Assembly: GCA_016748015.1 (NCBI GenBank)
Contig: JAAOMT010000129.1
Span: 620,001-684,000, forward strand
Direction: 5' to 3'
Source of the DNA: Geosiphon pyriformis uo1
Lineage: Eukaryota; Fungi; Glomeromycota
DNA: 64,000 nucleotides
In this document: one piece after another, positions 12,846 through 26,848 of the stretch
Numbering within the stretch: the stretch's first letter is position 1
Layout of the letters: each line of letters starts with the position of its first letter
Made by a program: the position numbers and the translations under genes
The notes under the pieces: model-generated
Database searches by the model: none
Seen by the model: only the letters and a program-made list of their open reading frames with translations
Told to the model about the DNA's origin: nothing

Positions 12846-14081
12846 ACCCTGAACACTTGAAAAATTATATTTTTTTTTAAAAAAATTTTCTTGGTATCGA
12901 ATTCACAATTTTTATCAAAAGAAAGCTTGCAGTTCTCCAAAGAAAAAGGGTATTCTCAAATCCAAAAAGTTATTCCGATTCAAAAAACCAAAAAATTATA
13001 TACTGGTTATCCAATGAATCAATCTCACACAATTAACAATTTAGACTATTAGATACCTTGCATTAGAAGATTCTACTTTAGGACTTGGCACTTTTTTTGC
13101 TTGTTTGCCAGAATAGATAATAATTCAATATGAAAAAAAAAAAAAAAAGGGAAAACTGAAAGTTTTAAAAAAAAAAAATTTTTTTTTTTGGAAATCAGGA
13201 ACAATATTTTGTACGATATGTGTGTAAACCTTATTTGCGGACATATCGCATTCCTTTTTCGAATGCCAAGAAATTTTTGTGGCATGATATTTGCAAGTTA
13301 AAGAACTTTCTAAATATATCATGAAAAATTTTATACGTTCTCCAAAGCAAAACAATAGATAGATAGAGATAGAGAGAAAAATATATATATATATATGTAT
13401 ATATTATTTGTAACAGTTAAACCCTATTTTCTTTTATTTTATTTTATTTTATTTTATTTTTATTTTGCATAACAGGAATTATGAGATGGTGAAAAAAAAT
13501 ATGGCTGTTTAAAAAGATGTTCATTATAATATATATATATATATATATCACCATAGTACCAAAATTAAACTTTTCATTTCCATGAAAAATAAGGTCCGAT
13601 TCTCATTTATTTATTTATTTATTTTACTTATTTATTTTCACAATCAAATTTTTTTTTTATATCACAAGAATTTCTGATGTAAAATGATCAAAAAAAGATA
13701 AATGAAACACATGTTCTTTGAAAAACCCGGTTATTTTATAAAAAACGGTTTATTATTAAAAATTGGAAATGACTTGTATAATTTTTATTCAATAAATATG
13801 TAAAATCAATCAATCATTTTACCATATTATTATTAACCTAATTTATAAACCCATTTTTCTATGTGATTTTTTAAAAATAATGAAAATAAAATTATTCATA
13901 TTCATATTCATATTCGTATCCATATGGAAATAAAATATGAATATGAATATTGATCCTTGATTAATTATAATAAAATAAAATATATATAAAAATGTATATA
14001 TTTTTTAAGAAATAAAAGATTTTTTTAAAATATTAGATTTTCAAAATATTAAATTATTCAAGATTAAAAATATTTATTATT

Positions 14082-15521
14082 CTAATTCCCAGATTTTTTT
14101 ACATTCAACTTATTTGAAGGGGTTTTTTGAAATTGAAACCTATTTATTCCTTCAGGGATTATACTGTGAAATTTGTTATTGGGAAATGGAACATTTTCTA
14201 GACTCTTTGGACTCCATAATACCCAATACATATCAAGTCCACGACCAGGAGTCAAAAATTCAGATAATTTCCTAGCGTATCTGTCGGATACATAGGAATA
14301 ACGCATTTCCGTGGAGTATAATGGTATTATTAAATCTGTAGCTTCTGCTTTGTTTGTCGGCTGTAATGTGTCCATGATATAATCGATAGCCGTGCGAATG
14401 TCACCACCTTTCAAAGTTTTTGTACTCCATACATCTGGACCACCAATACGATCCGAAAATCGTGCAATATAGGTTAAGGCAAAGAGATTGAAACACGAGT
14501 AATGGTATGGATGCTGAAATCGAGAAATTGAGTTTCTAAATCGGGAAAAAATAAAAAATAAAAAAAATTTCTCAATGATATGCTAACCGTTCTTTTGAGT
14601 TCACGCCGCTGTTCACCATTGGCTTCAATCTGATCCTGATAAGGACCATTCACAAAATTCGTGATTATTTGTTTGGCTTTATCCACTTGTCCAGAAAAAT
14701 GTAAATAAGTGGATAATTGAGCCGCAAAAAATGTTCCATGATTATTCTTTGCTTTTTGTTCCCTTAAACCAAGCTCTGAGGTTTCCATCCATTGGGCCAA
14801 TTGGCCAAACCATGTTCTCAATCCATCCGTTATTGACGGATTCCAGTTTGGTGCAGTTTTTAGGATTTCTACCACAAATGGTATGTATACCTAAAGGAAC
14901 GGGGGAAAATATTTGATTTTTAAGATGATGGAAAAAATATGTTAAAATCAATCAAATCAAAATTTTCACTCACAAAAAATCGAATATCTAAAATTCCCTC
15001 CGGTCTGCCCTTCCACTCACCAGGCCCTCGCACTACTTGACCATAGTTCACCCTAGGCAACATTTGTGTCCGTGGGTCTAAAAACCAAACGGCCAACAAT
15101 TGTGCTGCTTTTTTCACATACTCTTGATTTTCAAACAATGCAAACCCAATTGCCAAGACCAAGACATCATCTACCATGCCAACAGAATCCATCCCATCAG
15201 TAATTCTCCCATCTGGTTTTATGAATACTCCATCTTTTCGGACAAATGGACATTGTCGCTCTGGATCTGTGACTTGGATAATATTGCTACAATCTGAGTG
15301 AAAATATGGTGCTAATGTGTAAAACTCGTGCTTGTTTCCGTTTGGTGGGGTGACAGGTTTGTAAGTTACCGTGTATGCTCGTGGATCTGCTATTATTGAT
15401 TTTGCTTTCCTCTGAATTGAATTGAGAATCGCTTTTTGTACTGGATTCACTTTTCCTGAAAGTAGATAATTTGATTTGAATTCATAAAGTCCTTGAGGGT
15501 TGAGTAGGTCAAATTTTAGGG
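14082..15521 (-). CDS. Alginate-lyase-fold polysaccharide lyase (PF05426, PL38 glucuronan-lyase-like); 5' end lost in or beyond the N gap. Exons 15521-14974, 14890-14588, 14513-14082
   Basis: Motifs YTLAPYF..CPFVRKDG, WFLDPRTQMLPRVNYGQ, KNNHGTFFAAQ, QIEANGEQRRELKRT|HPYHYSCFNL (joined by the 14587-14514 intron) are typical of the NNH-type alginate/glucuronan lyases. Confidence 0.85.
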
Positions 15522-15573
15522 CTACGAATTTTTTTTTTAAAAAAAAAAAAAAAAGAAAAATAAAAAAACAAAA

Positions 15574-15887
15574 NNNNNNNNNNNNNNNNNNNNNNNNNNN
15601 NNNNNNNNNNNNNNNNNNNNNNNNNNNNNNNNNNNNNNNNNNNNNNNNNNNNNNNNNNNNNNNNNNNNNNNNNNNNNNNNNNNNNNNNNNNNNNNNNNNN
15701 NNNNNNNNNNNNNNNNNNNNNNNNNNNNNNNNNNNNNNNNNNNNNNNNNNNNNNNNNNNNNNNNNNNNNNNNNNNNNNNNNNNNNNNNNNNNNNNNNNNN
15801 NNNNNNNNNNNNNNNNNNNNNNNNNNNNNNNNNNNNNNNNNNNNNNNNNNNNNNNNNNNNNNNNNNNNNNNNNNNNNNNNNNNNNNN
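15574..15887. other. Assembly gap (314 N) flanked by poly-A runs
   Basis: Run of N. Confidence 1.
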
Positions 15888-17067
15888 CCAAAAAAAAAAA
15901 AAAAAAAAAATGTTTTGGCGACAACGTTATCGCAAAAAGCAAAGAAAAAAATTGTGTGTTCGGAAACTGTCAACTTATAAGTGAATATGATTTCGGAATT
16001 AGGTTTGAAAATATTGTTATCAATCCCGTTTTTTTTTTTTGAATTTTCCATTGAAAAAAAAGGTGATGTGTATTTCTTAATATCCTCAATTAAACACTAT
16101 CAAATTTTTTGAGAATACAAAGGTTTTCCGTAGGTAATTATATTAATAATGGAAAATACATATGCTGAAAAAGGTCACGGAGCCAACTTTTAAAAAAAGA
16201 ATTTCATGTAAATTTTTCGGATTTTCTATTTGGATATTTTTGGATCTGTTACTTTGGAATTTATATTAAAAACCATCTATCGTGTGTTAAAAAACTCTGA
16301 TCAAAAAAATTAAAATACTCAGTTAAATTCTTTATTATTTGATAGGCTTTTGTGAAAAGAGCGAATAGAGCTAGTGTATATAGAAAATCTTTGTGATCTG
16401 AAAGAGATTCCTTAAAATAAATCAAACTATAATGGTTCTTTTTTCGTTAAAATTTTTGCCGACTCAATTTCTTTATATCTTTAACAATTGAAACTGATAC
16501 TTTGAACTTTGTTATCATGCCAATTTGGGGGCTACAAATTTAATTTGAAAATGTGGTAGCCAAGAAATCTAAAATACATATTGAATCTAATATCCAAAAC
16601 CCAATGATGCTGTGCCTAATTAGAAAACTATATCTAGAATCACATTGCTAATTGCCAACTCAAATGATGATCCCAAAGGGTTCCTCAAACAATAAACATG
16701 ATACTCGATCATTTGACAAATATTTTGACGATGAAAATCATTCAATCGACAGTATTCAAGTTCACAATTATTCTGATTTTCCCGACAAGCAACTAATTGA
16801 GATTGCCCTGTAATGAATACAAAACGAGAAAAAATTGATCATCATACATGAAATAATCGCAAATTTATTTACTCTGAATTATTCTTGAATTATTATAATG
16901 ACAAATCCTATTGATGAGATAGGCAAAATGAGAAGCCTTTGCCTATAAAATCTTTTACTTTTAGAAACTTTCACGAGCCTCTCACATTAATAATAAATCT
17001 ATTGAGATAAAAGAAATGCCCGGGAATAAAATAAAGAATTCAAATAAAATTTAAAGTTTTCCCCTTA

Positions 17068-19116
17068 TCAATCACTCGAATATCCTCGAATATAATCCCG
17101 ATCCCCTTTATTCCTGTCATCTCCCATAGCACTTAATGTCATTAATGTTTGAGCTCTTTCTTCCTTCTTACGTTTCGCATCAGCTTCTCTTTTATGTACC
17201 CGTTTCTCAAGCTTCTCGATTTCTTGTTCATGGACCCGAGTGAGATGTGCGACAGCCAAAGTTTCAATGATTGAAAGTGCAAAATAGGCTAACATAAGAT
17301 TGAAAAATGTATTCCAAACCAATGATATATAACTAGGGTTTGCCTAACCAACAATAAATTATTAGCAATAATCAATGGTGTTGAAATCGATAAATATCAC
17401 AATCTATTTACTTACAGGACCATCATCTGGGGCACTTACGCCCTCCCCACGCTTTAAAATCCTCGTTTGTTCATAAACTGCTTTGGCAATTTTATCATGC
17501 ACAGAGGGCAGGTATTCTTTGGTGGCCTCAAGAATTGTGGCCAAAGTTTCTTGGGAAAACGCCAAGATGACAATAAAGGTCTATAAAAATAGATGGATTA
17601 GTTTTGGAAAAGCTGACAAGAATCTCAAGGCCTAATTTAATTCTTCAGCTTACCTGTATTGAGGATTTTATGACCGCCTTGCCCAAGAATGTTGCCCCAA
17701 AAAACGTGGAAAATGGAACTAGAAATTGCCCACAAATGATTCCAGCTAAGTCGAATAAAGGATTTGGAATCTAAGCCAATACAAAAAACTGATAAATTGA
17801 ATAAAGAATACGAAAAAGAAGAGCGAAGTTGAAAACGATTCCAAAAAATTAATATTTTAGTGCTAACCGAAGCAAATAATAAAATGCCCCAAAACCCAAG
17901 ACGTTGCATCATCCGATTGACATTTAATAAAACCTTTTCTTTGATTGAAATTTTTTCGGGTGATTGTGTCATTAAGGTATCAATCATCTCCAATTCTTGG
18001 CTTCGACTACCAGAAAGAGCGGCTAGATATTGATCAATAGGTCATTATTGAAAACCTCAACAATATAGCATGATAAATTATTAAAATATAAATGACTCAC
18101 CAGCCCTTGCGACAAAATATGGGGGCAACTCTCCTATTGCGGTCCCGAGCCCCCAAAAAAACGATTCCCATTGTACTTTGCGGAAGATTCTGAATAATGA
18201 TACGTATGTAGAAGCCAAGACGGCAGTTTTACAACGAAATCTTGGAGATATATCCAGTTTTTAATAAGTAATGTATACAAAGATAGCTGTTTTTAACTTA
18301 AAGAGGAATACCTATTAGGGCCTCGTGTCTCAAAATCAAGATTACCGCACTCAAAAGCAACCCAGGTCACTTCAGCAATATGGGGGCCGAGAAATAACAC
18401 GAAAGTATGTAAGCCAGTTCCTAAACCAACAGAAGATGCGATACCGAGCCCGATCCAGTATGAATACCAGAAAATTAATGATTGAATCCCGCGTATGATC
18501 TACATGATGAAGAGATCGTGTCATTTTTGAGGCTAGTTAATTGAAAAATATAAAATTCCCTTTCAGAAATAGTACTACCTGTTGATGCGACCCTTCTATT
18601 AATAAAGCTATTCTAAGAATAATAAGGGTAACAGGTATAGATACTATGATCCATTTTCGAGATCGTGCATACTCTAGGGCTGATTTGAATTGATATAACA
18701 TATAGGCTAAAAAATATGTTAACACTAAAACCGGTGAAGTATATAGGGATATAGTTGATCGTTCTTTCTCCAATAGATTACGTCTTCGCCTTATAAAGTC
18801 TAAGGGAGAACAAATGGAAATTTAGATAAACTTTCTTATGGGACCTAATTATTCGAGTGAACTGTTGAAGGAAATTTGAAAACCAAGTATATATACCATC
18901 AAAGCTTTCTTCGCGAACATTTGTCTTTCGAAACAATTTCCGTGAAACAAGCCTTCCATCGTCTGAAGTTCCACCGTCGCTGGTAGAATCTTCAGCATAT
19001 AAAGAATCCACACTATTTGATCTTCTGCTTCGCCGTCCAACCCTCTGAGACAAAGCATAGTCTCCTGTTGGTCCAGGTGATTCAGAAATTTGTATTACAG
19101 GAACTGTTCTGTTCAT
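17068..19116 (-). CDS. VMP1: Vacuole membrane protein 1 (VMP1/TMEM49, DedA-family scramblase), multi-exon
   Basis: The minus strand gives [24 protein letters not shown] (~18380-18450), [23 protein letters not shown] (~18103-18171), [10 protein letters not shown]|[35 protein letters not shown]; these are hallmark VMP1 motifs. ATG at 19116. Confidence 0.93.
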
Positions 19117-20166
19117 CAAAAAAGGAGTGAGAATAAGAATAAAGAGAGGGGAAAATCTTCAACAGGTGCAAGTTGCATACCCAAAGTAGTTTTGAGAAGA
19201 CGTGATTTCGGCTTCCATTATATATTACACGTTTTGTTTAAGAGAATTTTTAAGTTGCAATCAAAGGTGATCAGGTAAGTTCGCGAGAAATAAAAAGAAA
19301 AACAAAGGTGAATCTACATCAACTTGCCCACACGTGCGCCAAAGTAATTTCAAAGCCTTGCAGAATGATACACGACCCAATCATCGATTGCTACACCTTT
19401 TAATTTAGATACTTCTCAAAATAGTCAGCTATCTTTGGAACTCCGAAGCCTGCATAAATCGCCGCAATTTGGAATCGCCACCAGGCTTGAGGTATTTAAG
19501 CATTCTACCAAATTGTGGAAAGATTTTTACGAGGATAAAAATTGTGCAAAACACTCTCATTTTTGTACAAGTTTTAAATCTTATTTCAAAGATTTTTAAT
19601 CAACATATTGTAAATCTTGAATTTATTTGTAATAAATAAAACTATTTTATCATCAAATATTTTATCCTTAAATTTTATTATTGATAATGTTATAATTAAA
19701 AATCCTGATTAAATTATAATATCTATAATTTTTTTACATAAATTACGAATATTTTCAATTTATTTATGATTAAAATAATAATTCAATATTTTTAATTATA
19801 AAATATTATAGAGAGTATATTAGTATTATAAATAATTTCAATTTGGAATTTTAATAATTATGATCTCTAACAGTAATAATTATAATTATTTAAAATAATC
19901 ACTGTAAATGTGATAAATAATAATCATATAAGTTAAAATTAATCATATAAATATAACAATTAAAAATTAAAAATATTGTAACTTATTAAATAATTATTTT
20001 TAATTAAAATTATTTTTTTTATCAATAAAATAATAAAATATAATAACTTTTTATAAAATCTTAAAAATTTTAATTTTTAAACATGTTGTTATTATTAATT
20101 AAAACTTAAATCAAAATTTATTACAAAATTATTATTAATCTATTATTAAAACTTAACATTTATTAT

Positions 20167-23100
20167 AAAAACTTTTTTCTCTCCTTCATCCCAAATTTCC
20201 AAAAGAGTCAACATTTTTGAAAGAAGTTTTTTCTGTTTTTACTACAATATTTTTTATTATTTCTCAAGAAACAAACATCTTTGTTGTTAAGTTAACTGTT
20301 ACTATAAGTAGTTCTGTGCTTAAAAAGAAGTTAGCAAGAGTTCTGGCATTAAGTTCAGTTAGTAGAAGTCTTGCTCAGCAACAAAAAACATCTTTGAAAA
20401 ATATTAAGCATTCAAAAGATAAGACAAATATGAGATTTGAAAAAATTGAATAGTAATTGGGCAGTTTAATAGAATAGATACTAATAAAGAAGTGTTAATA
20501 GTCTTTTTTGCTAATAATAATGCTGAATATAAAGCTGGCAGCAAAAGTAAGAATCACTTTAATTTAAATATGAATATTCTCAAAGCCAAAAAAATCAATA
20601 CTAGTAAGATAATTGGCTCTCTTATCAAAACATTAGATTATAGTTCAAATAATAATAAAGTTTTGCTTTTCTCTTGTCTTTCAATGTCTTTAAACAAAAA
20701 ATAAAGTAATTTTAAGATTACCAAAACTTAGATAAAAGTATCTGTCAAGAAATTTTTTGCATTGAACATTAATTTCTTAATTGTAAAAAGTAAATTGGTA
20801 ACTGTAAAGACTCAGACAATTAGAAAAATCTTTTTATTAATCAATAGTTTTGAAGGAGCTACTACTTTCTTAAAATTTGAAAAAATTATTAGATTTATAT
20901 TTACATCAAAAAAGAGCATAAAAAAAACTGTATTATTAACCAAAGAAAAAAAATTTATTATAAACAATGATATTAAGAAACAAAAAATTAGATCAAATTA
21001 GATTGTGATAATTAAAAAAATTTCTATAAATATACCAAAAGAAATAATTATTGTCACAGTTTTTGCTTTTGATCAAATTGTGTTAATCTATTTACAATTA
21101 ATTGAATTGTAATAAAATTTGCTAAATTAACTTAAGCAAATTAATTGACAGTAAAATAGTTATTTCTAATTGGTAAAAATTTAATACATATAACAAAAGC
21201 TGTAAAAAGTCGAGATGTTTAAATATTCAAAGATTGATTTAGAGTGTTTTTGTTCACTTTATTTATAAAAACAATTACTTATAATCTTGGTGCTTTATTA
21301 GAGAAAGCTGGTAGAAAAACTTGTATTATAAATTAATTATTTAATAATAGAAATAAAATTTGTTGTGTCATTGTTAGCTTTAAATTAAAAGAGAAACTTG
21401 AATCTGTTTTTTACATAAAGCCAATTTTTGGTGATATAAAATTTTCTTAGACTAGAATAAATTTAGTTTAATATAAAAAATATAGATGTTTTAAACACTC
21501 TGTTCTGAAATCTAATATATTTAGTGTCTTTGTCTCTCTGTTTTTCAAGATATTTAAAAAGTTTATCTTAAGTAAAAATTGTCTTAGCTTGTTAAATTAT
21601 ATGCCAAAAAGTGTGTTTTTATTTTTTATTCTGCTATTTTTGGTAATAAATCATGAGCTTAAGTGGTTTTATTTGTTTTTGCTTTCAATAATGCTCTTTT
21701 AAGTTTTAGTTCAGAGCCTTTTTTTTCAGATAATTTACTTTCAAATAAAGTATTCTCTGTACTACAAGATATTTTTTTTATTGGCAATTGGCTGGTTTTT
21801 TTGGAATGATCTTTGAAGCTCTTAACTAATTAGATATTTGACATTATGCAAAAACAAGCAATATGGATCTGGTATCTTTAACATTCACTCAACAACTTTT
21901 ATTATTAACTGTTTTTATACCAGCATTTTCAAAAGTAGATTTAAATATGGTTTTAAATAACTCTCTGCTATTGTCTTTTTTTTTCTTTAATAATAATAGA
22001 TAAAAATTTAGCTTTTAATTTAAGTAGCTCAAAAATTCTAACCACCAAGATAAGTGACTTGAAATCAAAAATAGTGGTCTTTAAAGCTTTAATTAGTTTA
22101 ATTTTGACAAAATTAAATCAGTTATGTACTGGTTTAGTTTTCTTTATAAATTTTTTGTCTCAATAAGTAATTTTGTTTAAAAAATAGCTACATATAATAT
22201 TAAAGACATAAACAATATGATTAAACAAAAAGATATAATTAAATGATACAATAAATCTGGTAATTGAGTTTTTATTATTATTGAGACTAAGTTAAAAGAG
22301 CAGACTAAATCTTGAATAAAAAATAGATTTCAAGATGTAAAAATTTTTGTTTCTGGTTTAAATACTGATTATATAAGTGTTAATATAACAATAATAATAA
22401 ACAATATTTTAACTCAATATATATATAAGATTTTTGAGATCTTAAATCATCTTATTTCTATTTATTTATTGTTTAGCAACAAAATTTTAATGACAATTTT
22501 GGGTCTATATACTGGTGTTTTAGCTAATATATAATTTAATTAAGCCTATAAAGTGAACTTTTGTTTTGTCAAAACAATCAATTCAAGCTTTTATGTAATA
22601 CTAAGTGGTAATTTTAATAAAAATAAAAAAAAACAAAGTATAAATTTTAAAAAATGTATTAATCTGAGTTTGCACAATTCTTTTTAATAAATTGGTTGTC
22701 AAGCTTTTAACTTGGAGCAATTTTAAAAATATGAAAAAGACTATTAATTATATTTTTATTAATGAACATTTCTTATTATCTGTAATGAATTCAAGTATTA
22801 ATAATATGTCTGAATTTTTTAATACTAATCATAAAACTGTCACAGTTTTTTTAGTTTGAGTGGTTTTATTAATAAATATCTGAATATTATTCAAAAATAT
22901 GCTAATAAGAACAAATAGAAATTTAAGATTAAAGATACTAATAATATTAAATAGACTCATTTCAAAAAATAGGTCTACAATAGACTTTTTAAGATAATAA
23001 ATAAATTTGTAAATACTAAAATTTTTAGTAATTTAAATGTTATAAAAAAATTAAAGAAAGTAATAGTAAATTTAGCAAACATAGTTTATTTTAAATATTG

Positions 23101-26100
23101 GTTTAATAAGTTTGATCAATCGAAAAATAAACAATCTTCAAAATTTTTTGGACTAGAATTGCTGATTGCCAAGATTATTAAAAAATTAAATTTAGATAAT
23201 AAATCTGAGTATAATTGTTTTTTTAAGAAATAGTTAATAACTGATAGTAAAAAAACTTTTAAAATCAGAGTTTTGATTTAGAATAGCACAAATTTTGAAA
23301 ATATTGCTATACAATTATCAATGATAAAAAAAATATAGAAAGTCTAAATATTATAAGTTAAGAATAGCTAAAAATACAGTCTTTTTGCAAAGTGGTTCTG
23401 AATTATTTGATGATTAGAAAAAAGTTGGTTTTGAAGCCAAATAAAGTAAAGCTTAAAGTTGATAAAATTATAGTGAATTAAACAAAAAAATAAAAAATGT
23501 TTCCAATATTGAATATTATATGATCTTGTCAATATATACTATTAAATTATGTAAAAAATAATGTTTTTATTAATATAATAAATGAAATTAGCATACATAA
23601 GTTAGTTTTGATGATTAATGGCTTGCTAAATGACAAAGCTATTGGCTTATCTAATATATCAAATAAACTTTAAAAGCCTTATAATAATAAAATAATAAAA
23701 TGTTTTTTGAGTTTGTAAAATTTTGTTTGACTTTTGATAAAATTTCAGTTCTTTAGAAGAAAACATGAGTCTTAATAATTTCTAAATTTTACAATTAGAA
23801 TGGCATCTTAATAAATATGTAATTTATTGTGTTAATTGAAACAACTAAAAAAATTCTGTCAAAGATTTTGTTAAACTAAATTTTATTAGTTTGTATTAAA
23901 TATAATGTTTTTTGGAATAACAATTTTTTGGTTTTAAAGGATATTGTAACTCAATTTCTTGTGTTTACTATTGGTTTAGTTGTAAAAAATGTCTTGAAAA
24001 AGAATCATAAAACATGCACAGGTTTATGATTCAATCAGATAACATTATTTAAAAGTTAGTTTAAGATATATTAAAATATATAGCAGATTTATTGAATTTT
24101 TTGATAACATATACAAAAATAAAATCAACAAGATAATAATATATTTTGATCTTTCAAATAGTTACAGAGTGCAAAATGGGCTGAATTAGAGCAAAGTGTT
24201 TTCACTATTTTTGTAAAAAATTTTTTATAATCTTCTGCTATATAAGATTAAAAAACAAAAATATTTATATAAATACAAAATCAATATAAACTTTATGGTA
24301 AAAACAGGCAGAATAAAAATAAATGAAAATAAATTTTTCTTTTTTGTAACAGATGTATTTGTCAATAACATAATTTAAGTAAAAAATAATTAAGCTTTAA
24401 CACAATATATTTTGGATATGATTAGTAAATTTTTTGAGATTAATAATATTTTTATTAATAATGACAAAACTGTGGCAATTTTTATTAATTAAAATGTTGT
24501 AAATACTTCTTTGAACATCAATAACCAGCTAATATTTATAGCAAAATATAGTGAATTTTATAGATACTTAAGAATATTTTTGTCAATAGAAAATATACCT
24601 AAATTTAATTTTGTTAAAGCACATTCAGATATCAAGTTTTTTTCTAATCTGGTTTTCAGAAAAACATTATTAGATAAACAATTTTTCTATCTGGTTTCAG
24701 TAGTCTTACAGTTTATTATTAGTTATTAAACACAGTTTAGTTTTATATTTAAAAATATGTGCCAAAAATAAGACTTTATATTAAAAAAAAAGTTTAAGTT
24801 TAAGACCAATTTGCCAAGAAATTTTTTTAATAAGACTTTGTATTATCTATCTCTTTATAAATTGAAGATTTTTGAACATATTTAGATAAAAAACAAGATT
24901 GCTTTATTGGTTATGTTTTCTAATATATCTAAAATTCTTAAACAATTGTTTAAGTATTATTTTTTGGATTTACAAGTTTTGGAATAAGCTTTAATGAATT
25001 TTTTATAATATCCTGTTAAGTTAAAAGTTAATTTTGTAAATAACTTTTTAATAAATGTTGTAAAAAATTTTTTGAATGACAAAATTTCTATGGCCAATAG
25101 CTTGTTTAATGTTTTTTGTAATTTGTAATGCTTTTTAATATCAAAAATTTTAGGAGATTTCTTTTATTTTAATGTAATTCACTCTTTGAAGCACTTTGAT
25201 ATTGTTTTTAATAACAAATTGTTGAATAAATAAGAGTTGATTATAAGTTAAAAAACTTTTTATTAATAGAAAAGACTAAGTCCTAATTGTTTAGTACTAT
25301 TGTAGTTTAAAAAGATTTTAATTTATATGAACAGTTGTTATATAAGATTTAGTAAAACTGTTTTTGCTTCTGGTTGCTCAAATTTTTTTTATTTATCTGT
25401 TTTCTTGAACATTTATAACTATTTATATAAATTGTGAACTGATATATTTAATGTTTACACAAATAGATTATTAAAACAATTAAGTACTATAGAAATAGCT
25501 AATAGAATAGTAACTTATTTTTTTGATATTAAAATAAATATAAACATAAAAATATATAAGATGCTGTTTTTTATAATATTAAAACTTTAAGCAATTGCTT
25601 TAATATTGGAATATATTCTTTTATAATGCTTAATAGTAATATATATAAATAGTTAGACAGCTTTAAATACATGTATTTTGGAACTTAAACTTCTTTTATC
25701 AGACTTTTAAAACAAATATTGGATGAAAAAACATTATATAGTTAATTTGATCAAGTTTAAAAATATTTCTGTTAAGTGAGTAAAGGTTAAAAGTCATTTA
25801 AAAAACATTAATAATAACAGGATTAATACTTTTGTATATAATACTACAATCTTTAGCTTTGTTCTTTCTGTTAGAATTTATGAAAAGTTTATTATAACTG
25901 ATAATTAAATTATATTAGAGAATATTTACTATTTTGTTTGGAATGTTTATAGAACAGTTTATAAAACTTAGTAAAAGATTAATTTAAATATGAAAATTAT
26001 AGATAAAACATTAATTAAAGCCATAAATTAGATTAGTACTGCAGTAGTTTAATATTTAGACTTCTATATGCTTTTAGAATTTATAAACAAAGTTTTAGCA

Positions 26101-26848
26101 ACTTTTGCACATATTTGATAAAAATAGTCTATAAAAAACTGCTAATTGTTATAAAAAAAAGACTTTATAATAAGAGTTACTTGAAGATTTTATGTTTTAT
26201 ATGTGTAATTTTAAACTATCTGATTATGTTTTTACTTATTCAAAGAATATTATAATACATTTTAAAATTTTGTTAAGTCATATTAATTTGTAAAAAAGTT
26301 TGGTGAATAGATGTTCTTCATTATCATTTTTAATTTTGTATATTTTTCTTTTAAAAATATCAAATATTAGAATTTATCAGATTTTATACAAGAGTTTTAT
26401 CTTTAAAAAATAAATTAATAAAATAATTTTAGTCTTTAAAAATAGAAAAAAAACAGTATTAGTGATGATTAATTTTGCTTGTTGTTTGACTGAGAAACAT
26501 TGGAATAAGTTGTAGTTATTTAAGACAAAATTTAAGATAAACATAAAAAAAAAGTGGTTTAGTTAATAATATAAAGATGGTTTTTACTGTTTTTTGTACT
26601 GTGTTTAATTGTCTGTCAGTTGGTATTGTTTATTTGCTATTAGTTTTTGGTTTATATAAGGCTTGTTTTTTTTTTTAAATATTTGTAATAATATAAAAAT
26701 ATATATAAGTATATAATATTGTTTTAATTAGTTTAAGTAACTAGTTATATGTAAAAAATACATAAATCATATTTAATTAGATTTACTTGGTTTGTTTCTG
26801 TATACTAGGTAGTAATTGGACCATATTTATTAAAAATAAAAAATAAAA
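20167..26848 (+). mobile_element. LINE copy A: near full-length, decayed non-LTR retrotransposon (ORF1 with CCHC remnant; ORF2 APE endonuclease-RT-RNase H-C-terminal Cys motif)
   Basis: Decayed endonuclease start (ancestral WKIATCN) at ~22165, IETKL, GNFN; RT region colinear with the better-preserved copy B (e.g. ORF 24511-24729 vs 28241-28594); 3'UTR shared with B, ending in an A-rich tail. Candidate TSD TTAACATTTATTAT (20153-20166) / TTAATGTTTATTAT (26849-26862). Confidence 0.88.

Noticed and set aside
11735-13355. Several 67-92 aa minus-strand ORFs
   Set aside because: Low-complexity, derived from microsatellites or homopolymers, with no motifs.
15500-16051. 180-aa ORFs and the 5' part of ORF 14920-15942
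   Set aside because: Open only because they cross the N gap.
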